A stretch of 64,000 nucleotides of DNA from Clostridia bacterium (GTDB taxonomy: Bacteria > Bacillota > Clostridia > UBA1381): positions 249-64,248 of the forward strand of contig JAZULT010000100.1 in the NCBI GenBank assembly GCA_045603225.1. The letters are read 5' to 3'. Position 1 is the stretch's first letter. Each line of letters starts with the position of its first letter. Positions 47,988-57,674 of this stretch are shown here, piece by piece. The notes under the pieces were generated by a model, which worked only from the letters and a program-made list of their open reading frames with translations, was not told where the DNA came from and searched no databases. A program made the position numbers and the translations under genes.

Positions 47988-50561
47988 ATGCTTAAAACCA
48001 AATTTTTAAAACTTTTTTCATGTTTGTTTTTAATCGCAGGTATGTTATTTTCTGTGTCAGCAGCTGCTGATAGTTTCGATGCGGAATGCAAGCTTTTATC
48101 GGATCTTGGGATTATAGATGAAAAGGTTGTAATTGATGATAAAAACATTACACGTGCGGAGTTTGCTGTAATGGTTGCTAATATGCATGGTTTTTCCGGT
48201 GAAATCTCTGGAGCATCAGGTTTTGTAGATGTTGAAGATGAATATTTTGCTAAAAGTGAAATAAAATATCTTGCAACATATGGTATCATGAGAGGAACAT
48301 CTTATGACAGATTTAATCCGGGAACTATAATAAAGACTGAGGATGCATACAGAGTTATATTTAACGCTTTAGGTTATACAGATTATATTTCAGAAAAATA
48401 TGATACTTTAGCATCTGCGGCAGCTGTTTTGGGTTTAGACCGTGGACTTTCAAAAAATCCAGAGCTTTTAAAAAAAGATGCGGTTAAGCTTTTATATAAC
48501 TCCTTAGATACTGATATTTTAGAGATTACATACTCCGGAAACAGATATTCTGTAAACCTTGAAACAGAGAAAACACCCCTTACAGAGTGGTTGGAGCTTG
48601 ACTATACCGAGGGGGTAGTATTAAAGGTTTCAGATTCTTCACTTTCTAACGATTCCTATAACGGCGAATTTATTATCGGAAATACGTCTCTTGGGATTTC
48701 TGAGGATAATAATTTTTATGATTATTTAGGATATTACTGTCGTGGATATTTTGATATTGAAACAGAGGAATTAAAAGCTGTAGAAATTATAGACAGTAAA
48801 AATGATACAGATGTATATGACACAAAGGATATAAGCTATAAGGACGGCACTCTTACATGTATCATTAACGGAAAAAGTAAAAGAATTTCCATCGCTGCAA
48901 AGGATGATGTTGTTTTAAACGGAGTTCCGATAGCAGCAAAAGACAGAGAAAATACAATAAACAATGCTGACGGAAAAATCATAATAAACAAAATTCCGGG
49001 ACATGACGGAAAGATAGTTATGATAATTTCTTATGAGACATATTGTATAGGAGGAGTATCACCGGATAATAACATTGTTTATGACAAAGCAGTTCCCGGG
49101 AGAACTCTGGAGTTGGATTTTGATAATCAAAAAATATTTATAGACCGTACTTTTGATAAGTTAAAAACCGGAGATATCCTGACTGTTTTAAAACATGGTT
49201 ATAATGGTGATATGACTGTTTGGGTATCAGAGAAGAAAGAAAATGGAACTGTATCTGAACAAAGAGCAGATGAGGGAATAATAAGTCTGCATGGCATAGA
49301 TTATGAATTTACAAAGGATTATTTAAAATCAAGCAACAGATTGCCTTCTCTCGGAGCTTTGGTGACATTATATTTTGATGCTTTCGGAAGGGTTGCGTAT
49401 GTAACCGAGGGGGATGTTGACACATATACGTATGGATTTTTATATAAATTAATAGTTTCAGAGGATGACGAATCTTTAAGACTTAAAATATTTAATCAAA
49501 ACGGTGAGCTTATAATAGTAAAAACTCAGGAAAAACTGAAAATTGATGGTGGAGTTTATTCAGAAATTTCAGCAAAAAAGACTGCACTGGGAGCTGATAA
49601 CGGAAATAATGAAAGCTACAGACTTATAAGATATAAACAAAATACAAAGGGGGAAATTTCAGAAGTTGATACAACTGTATCGGGTAATCGTGAAAAAGAT
49701 ACAAATTCCCTTAAAAAGGTACATTCGCTGAATAGTGACGGTTCTCTTTATAAGATGGTACCGAAAGCTTTTGGTGGTACAGGAGATATCGGACTTCAGG
49801 TTGTGACAGATTCTTCGACTGTTATAATGACCGTTCCTACAAAGGATACACAGGACGAGAATGTATTTAAAATCGGTAAAAGCTTTGAGAACGACAAAAA
49901 ATACAGTTTTGAAGCATACAAGTCAAACTCTAAGGATATTCCTGCAGATGTTTTGGTTTTCTATGAAGAAACTGCAACGGTAGATCAATACAGTTATGGA
50001 TTTATTTCTGATATTAAAGTAGTGTATGATAACAGTACATGCGAAGTTTTAACCGCTCTTACCGTTGTAACATCAACTCAGGGAGAAAAGGTATTCTATG
50101 CAGATTCTGACTTTGATATTGAAAATTCAACAGTAATTGATAGTGAGGAAAAAAGAATACCGGAGAAAGGCGATATTGTAATAATGTCCTTAAATTCGCA
50201 ATCAAAAATTATGGACATAAAAATCGTTTATGATGCAAACAAAAAAGAATGGCTTGCAGTTACATCTCCATATGGTAGTATATATAATGACCATCTTTAT
50301 CACGGAACAATCTACAGAAAGGATTCCGGATATTTACAAATTTCAAAAGGGATTATAACTGAACCGGTATCAGATAATAATCTTTGTCCGATACCGTGCG
50401 GAGCAAATGTGAGGTATATAAAATATAATAAGAAAACAAATCAAGCAGAGAATATAACTCAGATGGCAATACTTGATTTTGACAGTGTAGGTGATGAGGC
50501 AAGCGAGGCAGTAGTTATCACAAGAGCAGCGAGTGGAGTTGTTGTTGTAATTTACGAGTGA
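47988..50561 (+). CDS. Large secreted protein with N-terminal SLH domains and a long beta-rich region of unknown function
   Basis: Signal peptide and SLH-like repeats (ITRAEFAVMVANM, FVDVEDEYFAKSEIKYLATYGIMRG). I recognise no catalytic motif in the remaining roughly 650 aa. AAGGAGG RBS. Confidence 0.8.
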   Translation: MLKTKFLKLFSCLFLIAGMLFSVSAAADSFDAECKLLSDLGIIDEKVVIDDKNITRAEFAVMVANMHGFSGEISGASGFVDVEDEYFAKSEIKYLATYGIMRGTSYDRFNPGTIIKTEDAYRVIFNALGYTDYISEKYDTLASAAAVLGLDRGLSKNPELLKKDAVKLLYNSLDTDILEITYSGNRYSVNLETEKTPLTEWLELDYTEGVVLKVSDSSLSNDSYNGEFIIGNTSLGISEDNNFYDYLGYYCRGYFDIETEELKAVEIIDSKNDTDVYDTKDISYKDGTLTCIINGKSKRISIAAKDDVVLNGVPIAAKDRENTINNADGKIIINKIPGHDGKIVMIISYETYCIGGVSPDNNIVYDKAVPGRTLELDFDNQKIFIDRTFDKLKTGDILTVLKHGYNGDMTVWVSEKKENGTVSEQRADEGIISLHGIDYEFTKDYLKSSNRLPSLGALVTLYFDAFGRVAYVTEGDVDTYTYGFLYKLIVSEDDESLRLKIFNQNGELIIVKTQEKLKIDGGVYSEISAKKTALGADNGNNESYRLIRYKQNTKGEISEVDTTVSGNREKDTNSLKKVHSLNSDGSLYKMVPKAFGGTGDIGLQVVTDSSTVIMTVPTKDTQDENVFKIGKSFENDKKYSFEAYKSNSKDIPADVLVFYEETATVDQYSYGFISDIKVVYDNSTCEVLTALTVVTSTQGEKVFYADSDFDIENSTVIDSEEKRIPEKGDIVIMSLNSQSKIMDIKIVYDANKKEWLAVTSPYGSIYNDHLYHGTIYRKDSGYLQISKGIITEPVSDNNLCPIPCGANVRYIKYNKKTNQAENITQMAILDFDSVGDEASEAVVITRAASGVVVVIYE

Positions 50562-50574
50562 GGTGATAAGTAGC

Positions 50575-53500
50575 ATGAGTGGAATAATGAAGAGAATCAT
50601 AAGTATTGCAATCAGTGTATCTGTTCTTTTAAGCTTTTTCACTGCAGAAGCTGAAAAACGTGATTTTTCGGATGTTGATGAGACCTGTTTTGCTTATGAA
50701 GAAATAAATTATCTTTCAGATAAAGGTATTATAAGAGGGATAGGAGATGGTATATTTGCACCTGAGAATTTTGTAACAAGAGCTGATTTTGCAGTTATGG
50801 CTGATCGGGCAATGGAACTTAACGGTGGTGAGAATATTCAATTTTCAGATGTTTTTTTGTCTGATTATTACTATTATCCGGTGAAACGTGCAGCAGAGGC
50901 CGGTATAATAAAAGGTGTTGGTAACGGTGAGTTTAAACCGAAGCAAAATATAACAAAAGAAGAAGCAGCAAGCATTTTAGTGCGTTCATATGAGTCTCTT
51001 TATGGAGTACAAGATGGGGAGACGGTAAATTTAGCTGATGAAGATAAGATTTCAAACTGGGCAAAGGAAAATGTTAAAAAGGCAGTTTTATTGGGTTTTT
51101 TAGTTATTGATAACGACGTTGTAAATCCCCGGAAATATATGACAAGAGCAGAGACTGCTTATGCAATATCCAATTATCTTATGTTATTGTCTGTAAATGA
51201 CAACTGGGATATTGACAGACCATCAAGCTTTACTCAGACAACAGCAAGAGGAAATATCTTTCTTACGAGCATGAGCGAAAAACTTATAACCTTGAATACG
51301 GAGAAAAAATCGGTTGAGTATTATATCCGTGACTATTGGGGAAACGAGAAAGAATCGGGAAGTATTGTGATAACTGATAAAAAACATGTTTTTGATGTAT
51401 CTGATTATACCCCGGGATATTATGAGCTATATATTACAGCAAGAGACAGGGAGGGATTAAAAGAAGAAATTGCAAAAACATCATTTTGTGTTTTTGAGGA
51501 TTTTGATTTTAAAAACCTGGAGTATTCGCCTTTTGGTATAAATACCCATATAACAAGAGGTTCAAGCGGATGGAAGCCTGACCTTTTATACGAAGCATCT
51601 CTTGCAGGAATAAGACATATAAGAGATTCAGATGAATGGCATGGAGTTGAAAAACAAAAAGGTGTTTATACGGATACATGGGCATCTCACAGACAGATAA
51701 TGCAAAAGTATAATATAGATAATTTATGGGTATCTGCCTTTGTAAACCCGTTTTATGACCATAGCTCTACACCTTATACCGATGACGGCAGACTTGGATA
51801 TGCGAATTACTGTAAGGGAATCCGCGACATCTGGGGCGAGGATATGAAGTATATGGAGGTATATAATGAATGGTGGGGACCACAGTTCGGAGACCGCGGA
51901 AACGGTGAAGCAAATTCTTTGCCGGAAACCTTTGTACCATTGGTTAAAAAGACTTATGAGATTGTAAAGCCTCATCATCCTGATGTTGTTTTGATGCCAA
52001 CATTCTCAACTAATGCAAACCGTTATCAGCCGAACTGGAATACAAAGCTTTTAAATCTTGGTATTTTAGATTATATTGATGCAATTGCCTTACACGGATA
52101 TGCAGGAAATGATAAGACACCCGGGAAAACAGAGCCGGAAGGATCAATTGCAGCAACGGTTTCAGAGCTTAGAGAAGAGCTTGATGAAAAATATCCTGAG
52201 CGGGATATAGATATTTTCGTAACGGAAACCGGGTTTAATACAAGCACTAATAAATACGGTATAAGTGAAAAACTCGGAGGATGGTATGTACCTAGAATTT
52301 TCACAAGCTGTATGGCTTTGGGTGTTGATTATATCTGGTGGTATGACCTAATAGACGATGGAAACACAGATTCTGAGCATGAGGATAGGTTTGGGACATT
52401 GCGTGCTTTCGGAAGCGAGTGGGGGAACTATACTCCAAAGCCTACATATGTAGCATACGGAGCGTTTGCAAGATTAATTGCAGGGCAACGATTTGGTGAG
52501 AATAAAACAAATGGTGATATTTACTGGTATACCTATGAAGGTGAGGGTGAAACCACAAATGTTATTCATGCAAGAGATAATGTCAGAAAAAATGTAACAG
52601 TATATACATCATCTCCTGTTGAGGTTACAGACCTTATGGGCGGAAAAGAAGTTTATACTCCGATTGACGGAAAGCTTTATTTCACAATAAGTGGAGAATC
52701 TGTTTATATTAAAGGTGATATTGAAAAAATAGATGAGGGTGCACCGATAGATTTTTCAGTTACGGAAGAGGTTATTTTAGAGGAGGAATATGCAGTAAAT
52801 ATAGAAAATTCCGATGCTGATATAACTGTTTTAATTAATGGCAAGGAAGCGGAAAATACATTTACTCCTGATGTTTTGAGAAAAATGGGAGATGCAACTG
52901 TTATCGCAAAGTTATATAATGATGGCAAAGTATGCGGAAGAATAACGAGAGAGGTTACACCCGAAGAGAGATATAAAGTCAGCGGTGTTGGTGACCTTGA
53001 ATCAAATGATGTGGGAATTGACGGATTTATCAATGCGTATATTGAAAATTATTCACCCAAAACACTCCATGTTACCGGGGGCGCATGGACATTAGGTAAT
53101 AGAGAGGGAACCTTTATAACAGATGAAGAAATCTCGGGAAATTCAGCAAAAACCATAAAAATTCCGGTTGGAAGAGTTGAGCCAGGTAAAAAGTATGATT
53201 ATACTCTGCGTTTGCAGGTTGACGGAATAACTTCCGGGAAACGTGACCTTAAAGATACAATATCATTTAACACCGTAGAAAGGTTTACACCGGAAATTGA
53301 TGGAAAGGTTGATGAGGGATTAGAGAATTTAAGCTTTATGAACTTAGATGAAGGAACAGTTTCGTCTTTGATTGACGGAAGAAAGCATACCGGGCCATCA
53401 GATCTGGGTGGCAAAGGCTGGATGAGCTTTGATGATGAGTATCTTTACTGGCTTGTTTTAGTTACGGATGATGATCATAACACACAAGAAACAGGTGAGC

Positions 53501-53913
53501 TTATGTGGAGAAATGATGGATTGCAGTTTACTCTCTACTGTGAAAATTCAAAGGTTTATGACACTTCATCAAAATACTTTGAATTTGGAATAACCTTACG
53601 TGAGGAAGGCCCCGAAATGTGGCGCTGGATCACAATTGACGGTTTACCGGAGAACAAAGCAGAGATTCCGGGAGCGAAATTTGCAGCATCCCGTAATGAG
53701 GGGGAGAAAACCACATATTATGAGATAGCAATTCCATGGAAAACACTTTCAATTAATCCGACAATTGAGAAGAATATCCGATCAACTTTGTTAATTAACG
53801 ATAATGATTCGGGACAAAGAAAGAGCTTTTTAGAATGGGGAAGTGGTATCGGATATGGAAAAGATCCTGAAAAGTTTATAAAATACATTATTGCAGGAGG
53901 TAATACAAAATGA
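50575..53913 (+). CDS. SLH-anchored clan GH-A-like (TIM barrel) glycoside hydrolase with C-terminal CBM9-like sugar-binding domain
   Basis: Signal peptide and three SLH repeats (about 50659-51177). Candidate acid/base residue in VYNEWWG (Glu codon 51868-51870) and nucleophile in IFVTETG (Glu codon 52225-52227), about 120 residues apart as in clan GH-A. The C-terminus (WRNDGLQFTL...YYEIAIPWKTL) resembles CBM9. Confidence 0.75.
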   Translation: MSGIMKRIISIAISVSVLLSFFTAEAEKRDFSDVDETCFAYEEINYLSDKGIIRGIGDGIFAPENFVTRADFAVMADRAMELNGGENIQFSDVFLSDYYYYPVKRAAEAGIIKGVGNGEFKPKQNITKEEAASILVRSYESLYGVQDGETVNLADEDKISNWAKENVKKAVLLGFLVIDNDVVNPRKYMTRAETAYAISNYLMLLSVNDNWDIDRPSSFTQTTARGNIFLTSMSEKLITLNTEKKSVEYYIRDYWGNEKESGSIVITDKKHVFDVSDYTPGYYELYITARDREGLKEEIAKTSFCVFEDFDFKNLEYSPFGINTHITRGSSGWKPDLLYEASLAGIRHIRDSDEWHGVEKQKGVYTDTWASHRQIMQKYNIDNLWVSAFVNPFYDHSSTPYTDDGRLGYANYCKGIRDIWGEDMKYMEVYNEWWGPQFGDRGNGEANSLPETFVPLVKKTYEIVKPHHPDVVLMPTFSTNANRYQPNWNTKLLNLGILDYIDAIALHGYAGNDKTPGKTEPEGSIAATVSELREELDEKYPERDIDIFVTETGFNTSTNKYGISEKLGGWYVPRIFTSCMALGVDYIWWYDLIDDGNTDSEHEDRFGTLRAFGSEWGNYTPKPTYVAYGAFARLIAGQRFGENKTNGDIYWYTYEGEGETTNVIHARDNVRKNVTVYTSSPVEVTDLMGGKEVYTPIDGKLYFTISGESVYIKGDIEKIDEGAPIDFSVTEEVILEEEYAVNIENSDADITVLINGKEAENTFTPDVLRKMGDATVIAKLYNDGKVCGRITREVTPEERYKVSGVGDLESNDVGIDGFINAYIENYSPKTLHVTGGAWTLGNREGTFITDEEISGNSAKTIKIPVGRVEPGKKYDYTLRLQVDGITSGKRDLKDTISFNTVERFTPEIDGKVDEGLENLSFMNLDEGTVSSLIDGRKHTGPSDLGGKGWMSFDDEYLYWLVLVTDDDHNTQETGELMWRNDGLQFTLYCENSKVYDTSSKYFEFGITLREEGPEMWRWITIDGLPENKAEIPGAKFAASRNEGEKTTYYEIAIPWKTLSINPTIEKNIRSTLLINDNDSGQRKSFLEWGSGIGYGKDPEKFIKYIIAGGNTK

Positions 53914-55040
53914 ATAAAATAAAAAAATTACTTGTGTGTGTTTTAACATTTGTAAGTTTTTGTTCTGCTTCATCTGCGGCACCTTTTGAAAAGATTACTT
54001 CCGGAAAAGATAATTCTCCCAAAGAAAATGTATTTCGTATTATAGGGACAGATATGGAATTTATCCTTCTTGATACATCAGAAAATCAGGAATCTAAGTT
54101 TTTACTTATGGCAAAAAGCTATTTTCCTAAAAGGTCTTACGGTAAAAACCAACGTTTCGACCCGGAGGATCCGGGAAATATTGCATATTTTTTAAATAAT
54201 GAGTTTTTGGAAGAAGGTATAAAAGACGGCTTTACAAAAAAACTTTATAAATTACCCCAAGAGGTAGTAGAGAGTATTGATAAAAACCATGTATGGGAGA
54301 CTGAAGCAGGAAAAGCGACAGGCAACTGCCCGGAAAGCTACACCTTTAAAGCAGGAATTTCGCTTTTATCCCAGACTGAATTCTTAAAGTATCAAAGCAA
54401 AATCGGAATGATTGATGAATTTTCAAATCTTAAAGATTCACCGACATTTGTCGGCTGGTGGACAAGAACGGGTTCTGAGACGTCAGAAATGATTTGTATA
54501 AGACCTGTTACCGGTAAAACACAGACCTATGGTTGGGCATCAGGCGATGCAGGGCTTAATTTCAGACCGCTATTCTGGGTTGATATTGACTTTTTCAAAA
54601 ATGTTAAAATTGATATCGAAACCGCAGGAGAAAACGTAAAGGCAGAAATTAAAAAATACTATTCTGTAGATGAACTTAAAAAACTTTATTCTCTCGGCAG
54701 AATCTATGATTGTCTCGGTTTTACACCCGAAGTTGAGATTTCAAATGTGGATGTGTCAAAAGATCCCGGTGCATTAAGAAAGATTAATATAAAAGCAGAC
54801 TATAAAAACAATCTCACGGAAGAAATTTCGGGAAACATTATTGCCGTAAAATATACATCGGGCGGATTCCCTAGACAAATGGTAAGCATACCGTATACAT
54901 TGTCAGGGAAGGAAAATAAAACAGTAAGCTTAGATTTTAATTTAAAATCGCCTTTGGTAACCGGAGAATACATTAAGTTATTCTACTCATCAGTTTCTGA
55001 CAGGATGGGGAATACATCAAATTCAGTTATTATAAATTAG
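53910..55040 (+). CDS. Secreted protein with one DUF6273-like module and a C-terminal Ig-like domain
   Basis: Signal peptide. Module motifs FILLD...SKFLLMA, NHVWETE, YTFKAGISLLSQTEF, WWTRT and FRPLFWVDIDFF. AGGAGG RBS. ATGA overlap with the upstream gene. Confidence 0.8.
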   Translation: MNKIKKLLVCVLTFVSFCSASSAAPFEKITSGKDNSPKENVFRIIGTDMEFILLDTSENQESKFLLMAKSYFPKRSYGKNQRFDPEDPGNIAYFLNNEFLEEGIKDGFTKKLYKLPQEVVESIDKNHVWETEAGKATGNCPESYTFKAGISLLSQTEFLKYQSKIGMIDEFSNLKDSPTFVGWWTRTGSETSEMICIRPVTGKTQTYGWASGDAGLNFRPLFWVDIDFFKNVKIDIETAGENVKAEIKKYYSVDELKKLYSLGRIYDCLGFTPEVEISNVDVSKDPGALRKINIKADYKNNLTEEISGNIIAVKYTSGGFPRQMVSIPYTLSGKENKTVSLDFNLKSPLVTGEYIKLFYSSVSDRMGNTSNSVIIN

Positions 55041-55056
55041 GAAAGGAGGAAGAAAA

Positions 55057-57642
55057 ATGAAGAAAGTAATTTCACAGATTTTAGCTTTATCGGTTTTAAT
55101 GTCTTACTCTGTAAGCTTTGCTGAAGATGATGTTTCAGAAATATCAGAGCCGCAACTGAAAATTATGACAGTGTCAGGAGAAGAAGTTTCATATGGAGAG
55201 ACTCTTTATGCTACAGTTTCAGGAGAGATGAGCTCAGTTTTGTGGCAAAGAACGGACGGTAAAACGACAATTGATTTAGGCGAGAGTACAGAATATGTTG
55301 TAACAGAAGCGGATATGGGATATTCTATTCAGGTAAGCGCGGGTGGATATATATCAGCGCCTGTAGAAATTGAAAGTTATTATAAAAATGTTGACGGAAC
55401 AGATAAATCATACGCTACAAATGCTACATATACAATGAACCGCCGCTATTCTAATCCTGATCGTAAATTTTCTGTAAAAGGGAGCTCAAAAGAATTCGTT
55501 TTAGCAGACACTTTCAACAATGAAGAATCAAAGTATTTTATTGTGGCTGATAACGGCTATGGTCCATACACATATGCAGCAAACGGAACTGTTTCAGCGG
55601 AAGTTACAAATGATGGAGGAACAGAGACTGTCTATCAGACTCCTATATGGGATCCTGAAAAAGTAAATGAAGATACAATTGATAAAAATAAGTTTTTTGC
55701 ATACTGGATTAATTCAAAAACCGATGGTGGCTTTTTAACTCCTGAAAATGCGTCAGGTTTACCGCAGAAAATGATAGACTATATCAACTTCGACCACATC
55801 TGGAGAACTGAAGGAACGCCTAACTGGAAAACCTGCTCATCTCCGAAAGAGTCATGGGAAAGCTACACATTTTCTGCCGGAGTGACGATTCCGTCATATT
55901 CTGAGATTCTCTATTATGAAAATGTCGGATTTTCTACAAAGGATATTGACGAGTCAGGTCTTAGCTCAGCAAAAAGAAAAATATGGAGTAGAACTCCTGT
56001 CGATACCAATAAAAGTGCTGCAGGTGTTGGTGACCGTGACAAGTGGGCATTAAACTTTTATGTATCCTATGATACATCAGATACGAATGTCAGAACAAAT
56101 CATACTGTATCAGATAACTTGTTTGTAAGACCTGTATTTTATTTAAAAGACGGATTCTTTGCAAATGTTCCGATAGATTTATCTACTGCAGGAGCAGATA
56201 TAATAGACGAAATCAAAAAACAGGATACAGCGGATTTATTCAATATTTACACGGCGCAGGAAATTGTAGACATTTTAGGACTAGAACCTCCCGAAGGCTA
56301 TATATTTTTATCGGATATTAAAATAAAAGTAAAGGGCATGGGAGAACCTGAATACGGCAAAACCTTAGTTCCTGAATTTACATATGGTGAAAACAACAAA
56401 TATCCGTTAAAGGATTATAAGATAGAATGGTTATCAGGAGAGGATACGGTATCTGATGCAATAGATGAGTATATTGTAACCGAGGCTGACTGCGGTAAAA
56501 GTATAAGATTTAAGATATCAGTTACAGATGAGAACGGAAACGAGGTAACAGCTGAATCGGAGTCTGTAAATATTCCAACTCTTTATAACAGTCCTGTATT
56601 TCCAAACTATGCGACAAGCGGAATAAAGGATTCAAAGCAAGAAAACGTTTTTACTGTAGATGGGAAAGAATTTACATTAGTGGACACCTTTGATAATAAA
56701 AAATCTACTTTTTACGTTGTTGCAAACGATTCTTACGGAAACTATAATATGACAACTGTGAATATGGATGAAAGTGATGATACAAGCATAATAAGCTGGC
56801 TGAATAATTCATTCATAAAAGACGGAAACGGAGATAATAAACTTCCTGACGGAATTTCAGACTTTATCGACTATGACCATATATGGCTTAGCGAAGAGGC
56901 GGATGCATCTCCGTTAGGTCAGCTTGAATATTCTTTCAGGGCAGGAGTAACAATTCCGTCGGTTTCAGAGCTTGTAAGATATAAAGACATCTTAGGTTAC
57001 GCAGAACCGGATTCAAACTATTGGACAAGAACAGTTCCTGACTGGAAAAATACTTCAAAGCCGGAAGCAGAATATCTGTTCACTATTCAAGGATTGAAAA
57101 CAGTGGATTCTCTGAAGGTTTCGCATTGGGAATTACCGTCAGGAACCGGAGTGAGACCTCAGTTTTATTTAAAGGAAGATTTCTTTAAAAATGTAAAAAT
57201 TGATATAGAAAAAGCTGGAGAAATGGTCATAGAACGGATGAAAGACAGATACAGAGTGGAAGATCTTACGCATTTATATGATGTTGAGATTTTGGAAAGT
57301 AAGGGATTTTTACACAGCCTTGAGCTGGATGTTGAATTTTTATCAGAAGGTGTAACTATAGATTCTCTTTTGGGTGTAGAAACATTTGAGGCAGAAATCA
57401 ACTTAAAATCCAATACAGAAAATACGGTGTCGGGTCTATTGATTTTCAGCTTATACGATGAGGATATGAGTACAAAAGCCATAACATTTAAAAAGATTAC
57501 AGCGGGTGGAAACAGTAATGCGTCAGTTACAATGACCCTTTCTGATTTAGAGGGTGTAACGGACGAAGCTAATGCAAAGGTGATGTTCTGGAACAATGCC
57601 TTTGATATGGAAGTTTTAAACGCACATCACAGTTTTAAGTAA
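55057..57642 (+). CDS. Secreted protein with two (small beta domain + DUF6273-like module) units and a C-terminal Ig-like domain
   Basis: Signal peptide. Modules at about 55459-56286 and 56638-57291 carry DHIW(R/L)(T/S)E, (F/R)AGVTIPS.SE, W(S/T)RT and VRP.FYLK(D/E).FF motifs. Each is preceded by a roughly 75-aa domain containing YG.TL...Y.VTEAD.G.SI. Confidence 0.8.
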   Translation: MKKVISQILALSVLMSYSVSFAEDDVSEISEPQLKIMTVSGEEVSYGETLYATVSGEMSSVLWQRTDGKTTIDLGESTEYVVTEADMGYSIQVSAGGYISAPVEIESYYKNVDGTDKSYATNATYTMNRRYSNPDRKFSVKGSSKEFVLADTFNNEESKYFIVADNGYGPYTYAANGTVSAEVTNDGGTETVYQTPIWDPEKVNEDTIDKNKFFAYWINSKTDGGFLTPENASGLPQKMIDYINFDHIWRTEGTPNWKTCSSPKESWESYTFSAGVTIPSYSEILYYENVGFSTKDIDESGLSSAKRKIWSRTPVDTNKSAAGVGDRDKWALNFYVSYDTSDTNVRTNHTVSDNLFVRPVFYLKDGFFANVPIDLSTAGADIIDEIKKQDTADLFNIYTAQEIVDILGLEPPEGYIFLSDIKIKVKGMGEPEYGKTLVPEFTYGENNKYPLKDYKIEWLSGEDTVSDAIDEYIVTEADCGKSIRFKISVTDENGNEVTAESESVNIPTLYNSPVFPNYATSGIKDSKQENVFTVDGKEFTLVDTFDNKKSTFYVVANDSYGNYNMTTVNMDESDDTSIISWLNNSFIKDGNGDNKLPDGISDFIDYDHIWLSEEADASPLGQLEYSFRAGVTIPSVSELVRYKDILGYAEPDSNYWTRTVPDWKNTSKPEAEYLFTIQGLKTVDSLKVSHWELPSGTGVRPQFYLKEDFFKNVKIDIEKAGEMVIERMKDRYRVEDLTHLYDVEILESKGFLHSLELDVEFLSEGVTIDSLLGVETFEAEINLKSNTENTVSGLLIFSLYDEDMSTKAITFKKITAGGNSNASVTMTLSDLEGVTDEANAKVMFWNNAFDMEVLNAHHSFK

Positions 57643-57674
57643 TGTGTAAAAAAATAAAAAAGGAGCGAATTTTT

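Noticed and set aside
57165-57596. 143-aa ORF antisense to the 2-module DUF6273-like gene
   Set aside because: It is a shadow ORF with low-complexity Ser/Phe/Ile-rich sequence and no RBS, lying inside a gene supported by paralogy.
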